This document shows positions 37,626 to 49,074 of a stretch of 64,000 nt of DNA, piece by piece. The position numbers and the translations under genes are program-made. A model generated the notes under the pieces. It ran no database searches, had not been told where the DNA came from, and worked only from the letters and a program-made list of their open reading frames with translations. Each line of letters starts with the position of its first letter. Position 1 is the first letter of the stretch. The stretch is taken from contig NC_058368.1 in the NCBI RefSeq assembly GCF_018350175.1, forward strand, positions 230,828,001 to 230,892,000, written 5' to 3'. This DNA is from Felis catus. Taxonomy: Eukaryota.

Positions 37626-37865
37626 TAAAAATAAATAAACTTTAAAAAAATTTTTTAGAAAAACAAAAGTTTTAGGGGGACAATTCTTACAGCCCCCTTT
37701 AGCCAAAAACATAACTCTCTGATCTTACATTTCAATAGAGTAGAAAATTATCTTAACATGTTACAGAATTTTCTTTCAGTTTCTGTTTCTTAAGGTTTGA
37801 CAGACTACTCAACCTGGAATATTGTGATAAGCCACCTGCAGTGGTGTTTTTGCTTGCTTTCTTTT

Positions 37866-37903
<38 letters not shown>

Positions 37904-38674
37904 AGCCCAAAGTGAGGGAGATCCCCACGAACCACTCCCGAAGAAGAAACAAATTCAGAACAGTTAGCATGAGCCTTGGGCCCACATGAGGCAGGTGGTG
38001 GTTTCTCTTCCTCTTTGTATAAGGACACCAGTATGTTGGATTAGGGCCCACCCCACCAGGCTCATTTAACCCAAGACCCAACATAAAATGGGGTGCTCAG
38101 AGGTCAAACCTGTGGAGCAAGGGAGAAGCCCATATGCCCAGCAGCACAACGGGATGGTGGGGAACCGCTCTCCCTCAGCCTGGGCTCCGGTGGGGAAGAA
38201 GAAGTCTACCTAAGAACGTGTAAACGCAGGCCTGCCTTTACAGGGGCTAGGAGTTCAAAGCTACAGCCTGGCAATCCCTGTTCTGAGAAATCTGACGTAA
38301 AAAGGATTTCCGGGTGCCTGTACTGGTTTCACACAGGTGTACAACATCTTTCCGAAGGGAGGCCGCCTGCGCCCCAGGCCCCAGAGGCCCCCACAGACAA
38401 AGCCATTCTGAAGGAGAGCTCATAATGTACAATCACCGGAATGAGCATGACAGTCAGCAGACAAAACTTGCAGTGGGATTAGACCGCCAAGGACCTCAGA
38501 TCATACAGTAATTGAATGCACAATGACACGAGTGTGCCTAAAACGATTGCACACAGAAAAGACTTAAAAACACAAGACACGAAAAAGACCCTATCAAGTA
38601 AAAGATGGGGTGAATTGGAAATACCCTAGAAGTGAAAAATAAAATGATTGAAATAAAAATCAACAGATGGGCTC

Positions 38675-38885
38675 AGGGTGCCTGGGTGGCTCTGTTGGTT
38701 AAGCATCCGACTTCGGCTCAGGTCATGATCTCACGGTCTGTGAGTTCGAGCCCCGCGTCGGGCTCTGTGCTAATGGCTCGGAGCCTGGAGCCTGCTCCGG
38801 ATTCTGCGTCTCCCTCTCTTTCTGCCCTTCCCCCACTTGCGCTCTGTCTCTCTCCTTCAAAACTAAACATCAAAATTTTTGTAAA
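38675..38885 (+). mobile_element. Can-SINE
   Basis: gggtgcctgggtggctctgttggttaagc...gagttcgagccccgcgtcgg...(CT)n. Confidence 0.93.
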
Positions 38886-39371
38886 ACAGATTTTTGGAAG
38901 AATTCCCACACAGGATTATATTTCCTCCTTTCCAAGTAGAAGGTCCCCTTGAAGAGAATTCGTATTGGTGGCAGATGTGTCCCCAGACACAGTCCTTTAT
39001 GTTACCCGCCCTCTGCTTTGCATTTTTCCGACGGGCTGCTTGCTGCTAGGCGCTGTTGGCCTCGAAGCAGGTGCTGTCGGCCTCCTGAAGCCCAGGCCGC
39101 AAACTCTGCCTGGGAAATTGAGAACTAATAACCCCTGAGTGTGGGAGCCTGAGCATGTTTCTCACATTCTCCTTCCTGTTCTTTAGAATCATAAGGAAGC
39201 TTGCCCTGGACTTTTCTTAATTCAGCAGGGGCCCGAGGACACGGTCTGCCATGTTGGCTGTCTGTGAGCAGAGCTGTGCGGAGGAGGGGGGGCTACACGG
39301 AGAGCCCCACACCACGACCCTGAGGGCGGTGAGCACAGGTCACCGGGCTGCACTTTGTTTCAAGTACTCGC

Positions 39372-39700
39372 CGCCTTAGTCCTGTTCGGGCTGCTGTGTC
39401 AGGGCACCACAGACTGATGGCTTATAAACAACAGAAGCCTCTCGTGGTGCTGGAGTCTAGAGGTCCAAGATCAAGGCACCAGCAGGTTCGGCGGCTAGTG
39501 ATTTGGCTGTCTGGTGCGTAGATAGCCATCTTTTTGCTGCGTCCTCACACGGGGGAAAGGACAGGGTACCTCGGTGGGGTGGGGGCTGAGGGTCTTTCAT
39601 ACGAGCCCTAATCCCATCCAGGAGGGCTCTACCCTCATGACCTAATCACCTCCCTGAGGCCCCACCTCCAAACACTGTCACACGGGGGTAAGGTTTCAAC
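39372..39700 (-). mobile_element. ERVL-MaLR solo LTR (MLT1A/MST-like)
   Basis: ggcttataaacaacagaa...tccaagatcaaggcaccagcagg...gggctctaccctcatgacctaatcacctccc. Confidence 0.85.
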
Positions 39701-39724
39701 AGCTTCTCTTATTTAAAGATCTCA

Positions 39725-39952
39725 GGGGCGCCTGGGTGGCGCAGTCGGTTAAGCGTCTGACTTCAGCCAGGTCACGATCTCGCACTCCGTGAGTTCGAGC
39801 CCCGCGTCGGGCTCTGGGCTGATGGCTCAGAGCCTGGAGCCTGTGTCCGATTCTGTGTCTCCCTCTCTCTCTGCCCCTCCCCCGTTCATGCTCTGTCTCT
39901 CCCTGTCCCAAAAATAAATAAACGTTGAAAAAAAAAATTTTTAATAAAAAAA
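39725..39952 (+). mobile_element. Young felid SINE (SINEC_Fc-type)
   Basis: Diagnostic ggtggcgcagtcgg...cttcagccaggtcacgatc with CpGs intact. TSD aaagatctca at 39715-39724 and 39953-39962. Confidence 0.97.
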
Positions 39953-40414
39953 AAAGATCTCAGGATGCATCTCTTACCCCCTTTCTGCAGATGAAGCAGC
40001 GAGGCTTTGAGGGGCTAAATAGTCCAAAACCATACAGCTGAGGGCAGTGTTGTGGCTTACTGACCCCACAGCACGTGCCCGTGACAGTCACGGGAGGCTG
40101 GCTGTTTGAGGATATAAGGCCGGCATTTCCAAACTCTTCTGTGGAGGACTATGGTCCTGAAGCATGAGAACAGCATTACTGGGGTGGGAGGGACTCGTGG
40201 CGTCACATGAACGTGGGGAAGGTGCTCTGCCCTGTGCCCCTCATAAAGCTCACAACGCATGCTAACGGCCAAGAAAATCTGTCTTGAGGAAACGCATTAA
40301 TTTGTTCAGCCTAGCATTTCCCATGCTAACAGATCCTAGAGTCCCCATTTTTGGTGTTTTGTTTTTGTTTTTGTTTGTTTTCTTGGAAGGCAGTATTAAC
40401 GTATTAGCCACTGA

Positions 40415-41120
40415 GGAAACACAAGTCAAAGTGCAATAAGATAACACTCCACACCCACTAGGATGGCTACAATGAAAAAGTTAGCCAGTAACAAGTGTCG
40501 ACGAGCATGCGGAGAAACGGGAACCCACAGACCGGTTGGCATGTGAAATGGCACCATGGCCTTGGAAAGCCGCTTGGCGTCCTTCTCAGAAGGATGAGCA
40601 CAGTCACCGTGGAACACAGCTACCCCACTCCTAAGTGTGCGCCCACGGGAGGGAAGGTGTATATCCACGTCTCCACACACAAACTTGGACACACGTCGCT
40701 CATGGCTGCATCCTTCATACTAGGCAGGCACAAGGCGGAAACAGCCCGGATGTCCAACAGACAAAGGGACACGGAAAATGTGGTCTTCCGTGCCAAGAAC
40801 ACCACCATGCAGCCATCAAAAGGAATGAAGGGCTGACACGGGCTGGTGCATGGATGAATTTTGGAAACATGCCGAGTGAAAGAAGCAGGCCGGATACCAG
40901 GCAAAGCCAGACGAGGGGCTGCTATGAGCTGGGGGGAGGGGCGCCTGGGGAGGGGCCGTTAGCGGGTGTGGGGTTTCTGTCTGAAGTGATGACGGCGTGC
41001 TGGAGTCGATTGTGGCGATCGCCATACAGCAGTTCGGAGCACACTCACAACCACTGATTGTGCCCCGTGGGCGGGCGGCTTGTGTGTGAATTATGTGTCA
41101 GGAAGGCCACTTTTAAAAAC
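40415..41120 (+). mobile_element. Old L1M 3' end (ORF2 end plus 3'UTR)
   Basis: cacacccactaggatggcta...aacaagtgtc...cagccatcaaaaggaatgaag...catggatgaattttggaaacatgccgagtgaaagaagc. Confidence 0.8.
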
Positions 41121-41667
41121 AGTTAACGTGTGCCCACAATGAGGCTTCACAATGTAGTTTGGGAATGGCTGCCACAGACGTTTGGCTTCTGCCCGCGTGG
41201 GCTCTGTGACCGTGGCATGGCAGCTGTCCCGTGTCACCTGTGGCTGCATCGTCCCATCCACAGCATCATCAGTATTTGAGAAAATGTCACAGAGCGGGGA
41301 TTAAGGGGGACCCTGTTGAGTCAAGACGATGTGCAGAGAGAACCCATAGCAAGCAGCCACCTTGTCCACGTGGTTTATCCTCTGGGTCTGCTCCTGCTCT
41401 TGCAAAGTTCTTGTAAGAAACAAATGGAACAAACAAGAGCCTTGGAAAGCGTCTAAGTGGATCTGGAGTCAAAGATCGCCTTGGCTGCCGCATCGTCCTC
41501 ACACTGACCTCTGTCGTTAATCGTTGTCACTGCCCGGTCGTCGGGACTAACGTGTGGCCGTGGGGGGGGGGGGGGGTGGTGGCGAACCTTTCCAGCTAGC
41601 TCCCCTGGGCCTCTCTCTGGTGCTTGCGTTGCCACATCAATCACACCCCGCTCTGTTTCTGTTGTAG

Positions 41668-41764
41668 TGAAAGCTGGCGGAATGCGCATCGTGCAGAAGC
41701 ACCCGCATTCGGGAGACACCAAAGAAGAGAAAGACAAGGACGACCAGGGATGGGAGAGTCCCAG
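41668..41764 (+). CDS. DAP: Death-associated protein 1, coding exon 2 (97 nt, aa 19-51)
   Basis: Acceptor ctctgtttctgttgtag|TG and donor AG|gtgagc. Joined to exon 1 it reads in frame VKAGGMRIVQKHPHSGDTKEEKDKDDQGWESP(S), matching DAP. Not visible in the ORF track. Confidence 0.97.
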
Positions 41765-42848
41765 GTGAGCACGCGGGCGACTGTGTGTGTTTCACAGCCG
41801 CGTCACTCGGTTACACGTGAGGTTTGTTCTCCTCCCTGCACGTCTGGTGACCCCTCGCCCTGTGGGGTCCTGCGCCGCGTGTTTCTTTCCTACTCAGTGA
41901 GGCTCTGTCCCCAGACGGGAGAAGCGGGCATCTGGAGCCTCTGCCCTGACTCAGGCGGAGCGTATGCTTACTGTCAGTCCATGGGCAGTGCCCTCAGTTT
42001 CCACGACAGTTTTGAAATCGCCTTGAGACCTGTGAAAACGCCGTTCTGGTTGAATCTCTGGGGCGGGCTGGCATCTGTGCAGCTAGGACAGTGAGCTACG
42101 GATTTAAAACCGTCCACAGGTATCTGGACGCTGGTTCTTCAGCCAAATCGAAACCAGTGAGGCCACACCCTGAGGAGCGCCCAGGTGTCCTTAAATGACC
42201 TCTCTGCCCCTCACCCCCCGGGTCCCCGACAGCTCATCTGTCTGCGGCGCCCCCAGCTCTGTTACCCGTTTTCCTGGGAGGTTCTGATTGGCTGCAGAAC
42301 CTCGCTGCAAATCTATTCCTTTCCACCCTGTAATATGCAAACGTGGGCCACAAATACATACACGTCTCTCTGAGCTTGTCTGCGAAAAAGAGTGAACCCC
42401 AGGCCTTCTGCCTTACGCCATGTCCCCAGAGGGTGTCTCCACCGGCTGGAGGAGGAAAGTCAGCGTGGGAAGGGTCTGGAAGGTAGCTAACCCATGTTTC
42501 TGCACATCTCCTTGTTTCAGTCCAACAGTCCTGCTGAACTGAAAATCTCCCTGATTTTCACATGGGACACAGGTCCACGTGCCTGTGCCGTGTGCCTTGC
42601 AAGTTATTGGATCCAGGATTTAAACCTGGGTCTAACAGGGCCCAAACAGGCCAGGCTTCCAAAGAGTAGCTCCCAAGAACACATGTGCCCTGAAAAGACA
42701 TCCATGTTCTCAGAAACCCCACGTGTCCCTGTAGTGCAGTCACCTGGGGGCAAACAAAAGTAGGGGCAAACTTTCTGGGCGATTATTGCCCGTTTTAAAT
42801 CATGAGATCAGCCATGTCGAAGTTCTGTTTTAAAAGAAGGAGGCAGTT

Positions 42849-42955
42849 GGGGCGCCTGGGTGGCTCAGTCGGATGGGCGTCCGACTTCGGCTCAGGTCGT
42901 GATCTCGCAGTTCACGAGTTCGAGACCCACGTCGGGCTCTGTGCTGACAGCTCAG
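42849..42955 (+). mobile_element. Can-SINE, 3'-truncated
   Basis: Head through gctgacagctcag, with no (CT)n tract or tail. Confidence 0.9.
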
Positions 42956-43038
42956 TTAAGAAAATTCTAGAATTGCCTGCCTCACTGGCTATTTTCACAC
43001 AGCCATGTTTGGAACATAACAGCATCGGTAACTCTCCT

Positions 43039-43305
43039 AGAGGTCCACAGTCCTGTATCCGAAAACCTTGGGGCCCAATTTATTTCAGAATTGAGAAATT
43101 TGGGGGTCCTAAAAGGATGAAACCATGAACACGCAGCACCCGTAGTGGGGCCTCAGGCAGCATATTGGAATCTGTGTATGATGTTTTTAAATTTACAGAG
43201 TTGGGTCAGCTCAGGTTAACTTTTGCCTCCGTCTGAGTTACAAGGAAACTTTCAGTTTCTGGACATTTCTTGAACTCAGTATCGAGTAAGAGAGCGTGGG
43301 CCTGT
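43039..43305. mobile_element. TcMar-Tigger MITE (MER46C-like)
   Basis: Ends aggtccacagtcctgtatccg ... gagtaagagagcgtgggcctgt form an imperfect TIR pair. Confidence 0.5.
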
Positions 43306-44412
43306 GGGGTTTCCTCCACCACAAAACCTGGGAGGCCCCGTCTTTATATCCAGTCATTCCGTAAGGGACAAAGAGGATGAGAGAGAGAGACTTGGCTGGG
43401 GAGCAGATGGAACACACGTTTCTGCGAGAGTTGCAGCGGAGTAAGGCGCAAATAGCTATTTCCCTGTGAAACGGTGTCAATATAGTGAGAGTCGATCATT
43501 TATTAGCATGTCTAGAAATACAGACCGAACAGCCTACTCGTTTTCTTTCTATTGATTTTTTTTCATGAGGTGAAATACAGCGTTTAGGGAAGACATGCTA
43601 TTTACATAAATATGCCAGAGGACGAATGAGTGCAAGACACAGGCGTGAGCACAGCGGCACCCTGGACCTTAACGTCCTGCCTCAAAGATTTCTTCTCTGT
43701 GGGGCCAAGAACTCCGAAGCAGGCTGATTGCAGAGCAGGGTTTGCATAACATGTGAGCAAGCGTTGTTTGTTTGTTTGTTTGTTTGTTTGTTTTCTCCCT
43801 GCAGCGACATTGCTGTAATATGTTCCTTAGGAGTGTGTTGGCTCCTGTGCTCTTGACTTCGGCCTTGCTCTTGACCACTGTGGGTTAAACCACTTGACAC
43901 GCCGTTGGCAGATGGGGTTAGCCTCTCAAGGCCCTTAAGCCGTCGACAAATGTTGCCGACACACGTCCTTCCAGGCCTCTGCGCCCCGCCTGGTACTCTT
44001 CGTAAGAGATTATTTCCACCACTAAGCGCTCCTCAGCTGTCTGGTGGGCTGACTGAGTCATCACAACCCGTCACCGTCGCCAGTGTTCTAGAATGCAGGA
44101 CATCTGGCCCTGTCCTTGGTACCCTGTCTGCATTAGTTCATTAAATCCTTGCAACTACTCTATTTCTTATCATCCCTGTTTCTGAGTTGGTTATCGATTA
44201 ACCCCATTCCAGATTGCTACTCCCCCTTCAACAGCTCAGAGAGGTTAATTGACTTCCCCAATGTGGCACAGCAAATGAGTGGCAGAGCCAGTATTCCAGC
44301 AGAGTCCAGAGTCCTCACTATCGACCCTTAGGCTGTGCTTGCGAATGGAGCACCTGTTTTGTTCTGGGCACTTCCTAAGTGCTTCACATCAGATGTAAAG
44401 CTCACACCACCT

Positions 44413-44618
44413 GGGCGCCTGGGTTAATGCATCCGACTCTCCATCTGGGCTTAGGTCATGATCTCAGGGTTTGGGGGTTTGGGCCCCGCATCCGGCTCTC
44501 TGCCGTCAGCACAGAGAGAGCCCGCTTCCAGTCCTCTGTCCTCCTCTCTCTCTCAGTGCCCCTCCCCTGCTCTCTCTCACAAAAATAAATAAACATTAAA
44601 AAAATATTAAAAAAAAAA
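44413..44618 (+). mobile_element. Can-SINE inserted in a MIR
   Basis: 17-bp TSD taaagctca(c/a)accacct at 44396-44412 and 44619-44635. MIR core cccattatagagatgaagaaaccgaagcttagggagg follows. Confidence 0.93.
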
Positions 44619-45312
44619 TAAAGCTCAAACCACCTATAGGCGGGTATTACTGTGCCCATTATAGAGATGAAGAAACCGAAGCTTAGGGAGGTGATCTGGC
44701 CCAGTGACACGTAGCCAGTGAGTGGCCAGGCCAGGATTCAGCCCTGATTCTGTCTGGCCCCTAATATGCTGTAGAAGCCCCCAAATTGACACAGTAAACA
44801 GAGTATATTGAGAGAATGTAAATCCAGTCCCTAAACTGGTTGATTCCGGATTGCCCGTGACCTTTCCCATAGTCCTCTAGCCTGTGATTCCACCCATGCA
44901 GCTTTGCTGTCAGTAGATGGTGTGATTATCATTTTATAGGGTTTCGGGGAGGGGGGATAGGCTGTCTTTACTTTACCTATAAAAAGGCCTGTTTATGTAC
45001 AGACTTTGTCAAACATTTCATTATTCTGTTGGACGTATCATGGCATGTGACTTCAACATCCACATGACCCTGGTCCTAAAGTTTGATGATGTTTCACGTT
45101 TGGGTCCAGGTGTCCTCTGGACATAAAAATAAGTGTAGAGTCTCAAATGCCAGTTTCCTCCTTAGATCTGTGTTTGCAAAGCTCTCTGCTTTCCTTTCCA
45201 GGCTTTTATAACTGGCTCGTCTTTACATTTCCTGACTCATCTCTGGTGGCTTCCTTCCTCATTAATCTGAAAATCAAATACTGATCACAGAATAACTGGA
45301 GCATTATTGTGT

Positions 45313-45314
<2 letters not shown>

Positions 45315-45357
<43 letters not shown>
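45315..45357. repeat. (CA)n microsatellite
   Basis: Read directly. Confidence 0.95.
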
Positions 45358-46225
45358 CTTTTACTTGCAATTGTTTTGTATTGCACATATTCATGCTATC
45401 CTTCCTCCCTTCAATCTTGTCATTTTCTGGGGTTTTACAGATAATTTCCTAGGCTGCCAGGCCGTTTTGAGATGCTACATTTTAAAAAGGAAAAAAAGGA
45501 AGTAGCAGAAATTTGAAAGTGTTGCCCTAGAGTTCCTGTCAAGCTGGGCACTAGCTCCGTGTGGCTCTTCATGGCCCAGAAGAGGCCTAGAGCTTTGCAA
45601 TTCTTCGCCAGTGCTGTCCTGAGTAGCTGCTAGATCCCATGTCAGAACTGACCCAATTAAGGAAAGCCGTGGTTTTCCCCAAAGCCTCGTGTCGAGCGTA
45701 TTGAGATGAAGTGCTCACTTTGATTAGGCGAAGGGGAAATTGCAGACACAGCATGGACTTCAGGAGCCAGTAAGACTCACTAGAGAACACGGTTCAGTGT
45801 CGAACATGTCCTGAGGTCCTACCACGAGTGGAGCTTGGGACAAGAGATTGAAAAGCGTACGTGACAGGAGGAGTGACGAGAAATGCAAGGGTCTGGGTGT
45901 GGGCGAGGTTGGGGGGGGGGGTGGGAGAGGGGTGGAAGGAAGAAGGAGATAAGGGTGGGATTGATAAGGACCCAGAGCGGACAGCCCTGGCTGAGTGTGG
46001 CCGTCTTTTCACCCTGAGTTAGAACCTCACGCACCCGAAAAATAAGCAAACAATTCAAATTTTGCCACGTGTGGGAGAGATCCAGATGGAATCCGAACAG
46101 GAAGAGGTGAACTTAATTGTAATACAGATGATTACTCTAAGCCATTGAAAGGACTGGGGAAGAAAATACCTTAACGACTAATTTTGGAAAACAGTATTCT
46201 GACTGGGTACTCTAAGACTGAAGAC

Positions 46226-46264
<39 letters not shown>

Positions 46265-46549
46265 GTCCCAAAATGCTGCACACTAGTTAGTAGATGTGTT
46301 TCTTACAGGGGTTTGGGTTACAATTCTGAAATTGCTTTGGTGTTTGAACAAGTATATAAATATGTCGTGGATACTGAGAGTGAAGCTTCTCACTGCCAGA
46401 GGGAGAGGTTACAGCTGGAAAGAGGGAACTGAAATGAGTTTTGTGGCGTTGAATTGAATTAGAGGTATTCGTACGAACTCAGTTTTAAAAGATGGGTGGA
46501 TGGATAGGAGACAACATACAGATGTGTACATACAGGCAGAAGTAAAGAT

Positions 46550-46775
46550 GGGGTGCCTGGGTGGCTCAGTTGGTTAAGTCTCTGACTTGATTTCAGCTCA
46601 GGTCATCAGCTCATGGTTCATGAGTTCAAGCCACGTGTTGGGCTCTGCGCTGACAGGGTGGAACCTGCTTGGGATGCTTTCTCTCCCTCTCTCTCCGTCC
46701 CTCCCCCACATCTATCTCCCTCTCTCTCTGTCTCTCAAAATAAATAAATAAGCTTTTAAAAAGAAAAAATAAAGA
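46550..46775 (+). mobile_element. Can-SINE
   Basis: ggggtgcctgggtggctcagttggttaag head, (CT)n tract, tail. TSD ~taaagat. Confidence 0.93.
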
Positions 46776-47218
46776 TAGATGGGGAGGGTTGGCGCTCATA
46801 CCTGTATTTCCTTGCTGTGTTCAGCAGGAGCCTAAACACCTATGAGAACTGACACCCATGTAACCCTGAGCGTCACTTGGACCGGGATCTTTGTTTCAAA
46901 CACTTCTCCCCCATCACGGGAACCAGGGTTCCTTGCAGAAGTGGTAAATTCCAGGGCCAGGGCAGGAAAAATCCTAGATGAGCCTGGAACAGCTTGTAGG
47001 GCCAGGACAAGAGGATGCAGTGTGACAGATGATGGGGCTCATCAGGACAGAAGGCCACTCGGAGGAGCTCCTTATGGCCAAAGCTGGGGCAGTCAGCAGC
47101 CAAATGACAGTACTGGATTATAACCCACAGGGTAAAATAAACATTCCTAAGTGCATCCTGATATAAGTAATTGAATATATAAATGAGGAGAAGAGACAGC
47201 TCTCACAGAAGAATTTTA

Positions 47219-47451
47219 TTTTATTTTATTTTTTTAAATTTTTTTTTTCAACGTTTATTTATTTTTAGGACAGAGAGAGACAGAGCATGAACGGGGGAGG
47301 GGCAGAGAGAGAGGGGGACACAGAATCGGAAACAGGCTCCAGGCTCTGAGCCATCAGCCCAGAGCCCGACGCGGGGCTCGAACTCACGGACCGCGAGATC
47401 GTGACCTGGCTGAAGTCGGACGCTTAACCGACTGCGCCACCCAGGCGCCCC
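47219..47451 (-). mobile_element. Young felid SINE (SINEC_Fc-type)
   Basis: Perfect TSD ctcacagaagaatttta at 47202-47218 and 47451-47467. CpGs intact. Confidence 0.97.
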
Positions 47452-47654
47452 TCACAGAAGAATTTTAATTAAGAATTATGTAAGGAAGGAAATAGACCAT
47501 CACCAACAGGCAAACAGCTCAGTCACCGTTGCAGACAAGATCCACCAATGGATGTTACGAAGAGTGGGAGGAAGTCTAAGGAGAAACAGGATATTTGCAT
47601 AGTCTCAAATATCTCCCCCAGTATATGTATTAATTATAAAACAAGGAGTATTCT

Positions 47655-47819
47655 GGGGCGCCTGGGTGGCTCCATCGATTAAGCGTCCAAATTCGGCTCA
47701 GGTCATGATCTCACGGTTCACGAGTTCGAGCCCCGCGTTGGACTCTGTGCTGACAGCTCAGAGCCTGGAGCCTGCTTCGGATTCTGTGTCTCCTTCTCTC
47801 TCTGCCCCTTCCCTGCTTG

Positions 47820-47871
<52 letters not shown>

Positions 47872-47915
47872 CTCAAAAATAAACATTAAAAACATAAAAA
47901 ATTTAAAAAACAAAA
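47655..47915 (+). mobile_element. Can-SINE with internal (TG)n expansion
   Basis: Head at 47655. (TG)n at ~47824-47867 replaces the distal (CT)n tract. Confidence 0.95.
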
Positions 47916-48162
47916 GGTATCCTTACACTGGAGACCATGAAAAGGACACTTGTTTGCAGCGTAAAAACTGAAAGAAGACAGCAGAGTGCCATCTTGTCCG
48001 ACCTCGTATGGAACTACACGTCAATGATCATTTTTTGCTGCTCTGCGCATGTCTGTGGGCCACCACAAAAAGTGCTGCGAGTGTTTGTTTCTCATCAGAA
48101 TTCCACCTGCTGCTTTTAGCGTTCACCCATGACCTTGCCTGGAAGTCATCACTGTATGGATG

Positions 48163-48640
48163 CCGTATCACTACGGGGCCACCATAACACATGCAACAAA
48201 GCAGTGGCTAAAATAACTGATGCATAGCGCCTCACAGCGGTGGAGGCTGGAAGTCCAAGATCAGGTGTCCCCAAGGTTGGTTCCTTCTGAAGCTGTGAGG
48301 GAGGATATGTCCTGTGCCCCCAGCCCTGGTTTCTGGTGGTTTGCTGGCCATCCTTGGCGTTCCTTGGCTTATAGATGCCTCACCTCGATCTGTGTCGATC
48401 TGTCCACGTGGTGCTCACCCTGTGTCTCTTCACATAATCTCTCTGTGTACGTCTGTCTCTGGGTCCAAGTTTCCCCTTTTTGTAAGGACATCAGTCATTG
48501 GATTAGGGCCGGCCCTAGAGACTTCATTTTAACTCAGTTACTTCTGTAAAGACCCTATTTCCTAGAAAGGTCAAATTCTGAGGTACTGGGGTTAGGATTT
48601 TACATAGCCGTTTGGGGGAAAGAAGTTCAGTCTCTAACAG
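48163..48640 (-). mobile_element. ERVL-MaLR solo LTR (MLT1B/C-like)
   Basis: ggaggctggaagtccaagatcagg...taaggacatcagtcattggattagggcc...ttctgaggtactggggttagga. Confidence 0.85.
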
Positions 48641-48702
48641 ATGCCAGTGGTAACCTGTGGCCATTTTTAATGGTTGTCTCACTTAAAGTGAATTAAAAAA
48701 AA

Positions 48703-48833
48703 TTTTTTAAGATATAATTTATTGTCAGATTGGTTTCTATACAACACCCAGTGCTTATCCCAACAAGTGCCCTCCTCAATGCCCATCACCCCCTTTCCCC
48801 TCCCTCCCATCCCCCAAGGGATACAGGAACGCT
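48703..48833 (-). mobile_element. Very short L1 3' end with a small inverted 5' piece, inserted in a SINE tail
   Basis: tttattgtcagattggtttc...cccatcccc is the L1 3'UTR reversed, followed by caagggatacagga (plus-strand L1 ORF2-end motif). TSD taaaaaaaatttttt at ~48694 and ~48833. Confidence 0.85.
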
Positions 48834-48839
48834 AAAAAA

Positions 48840-49040
48840 AATTTTTTTAACGTTTATTTATTTTTGAGGGAGAGGGAGAGTGCGAGTGGGGTAGGGGCAG
48901 AGAGTGAGGGAGACAGAGGATCCAAAGCGGGCTCTGCCCTGACTGCAGAGAGCCCAATATCGGGCTCGAATTCACAAACGATGAGATCGTGACCTGAGCC
49001 AAAGTCAGACGCTTAACCGACTGAGTCGCCCAAGTGCCCC
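48840..49040 (-). mobile_element. Can-SINE
   Basis: TSD taaagtgaatt at 48684-48694 and 49041-49051, enclosing the nested L1. Confidence 0.93.
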
Positions 49041-49074
49041 TAAAGTGAATTCTTAAGAAATAAACAGATCCCTT

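Larger units (their letters stand above)
46080..47935 (+). mobile_element. Ancient L1M (L1MC/MD-like) 3'UTR, split by three SINEs and a (CA)n at 46228-46262
   Basis: ggaaccagggttccttgcagaagtgg...gatgagcctggaaca...tggattataaccca...acaggatatttgcatagtctcaaa. Confidence 0.65.
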
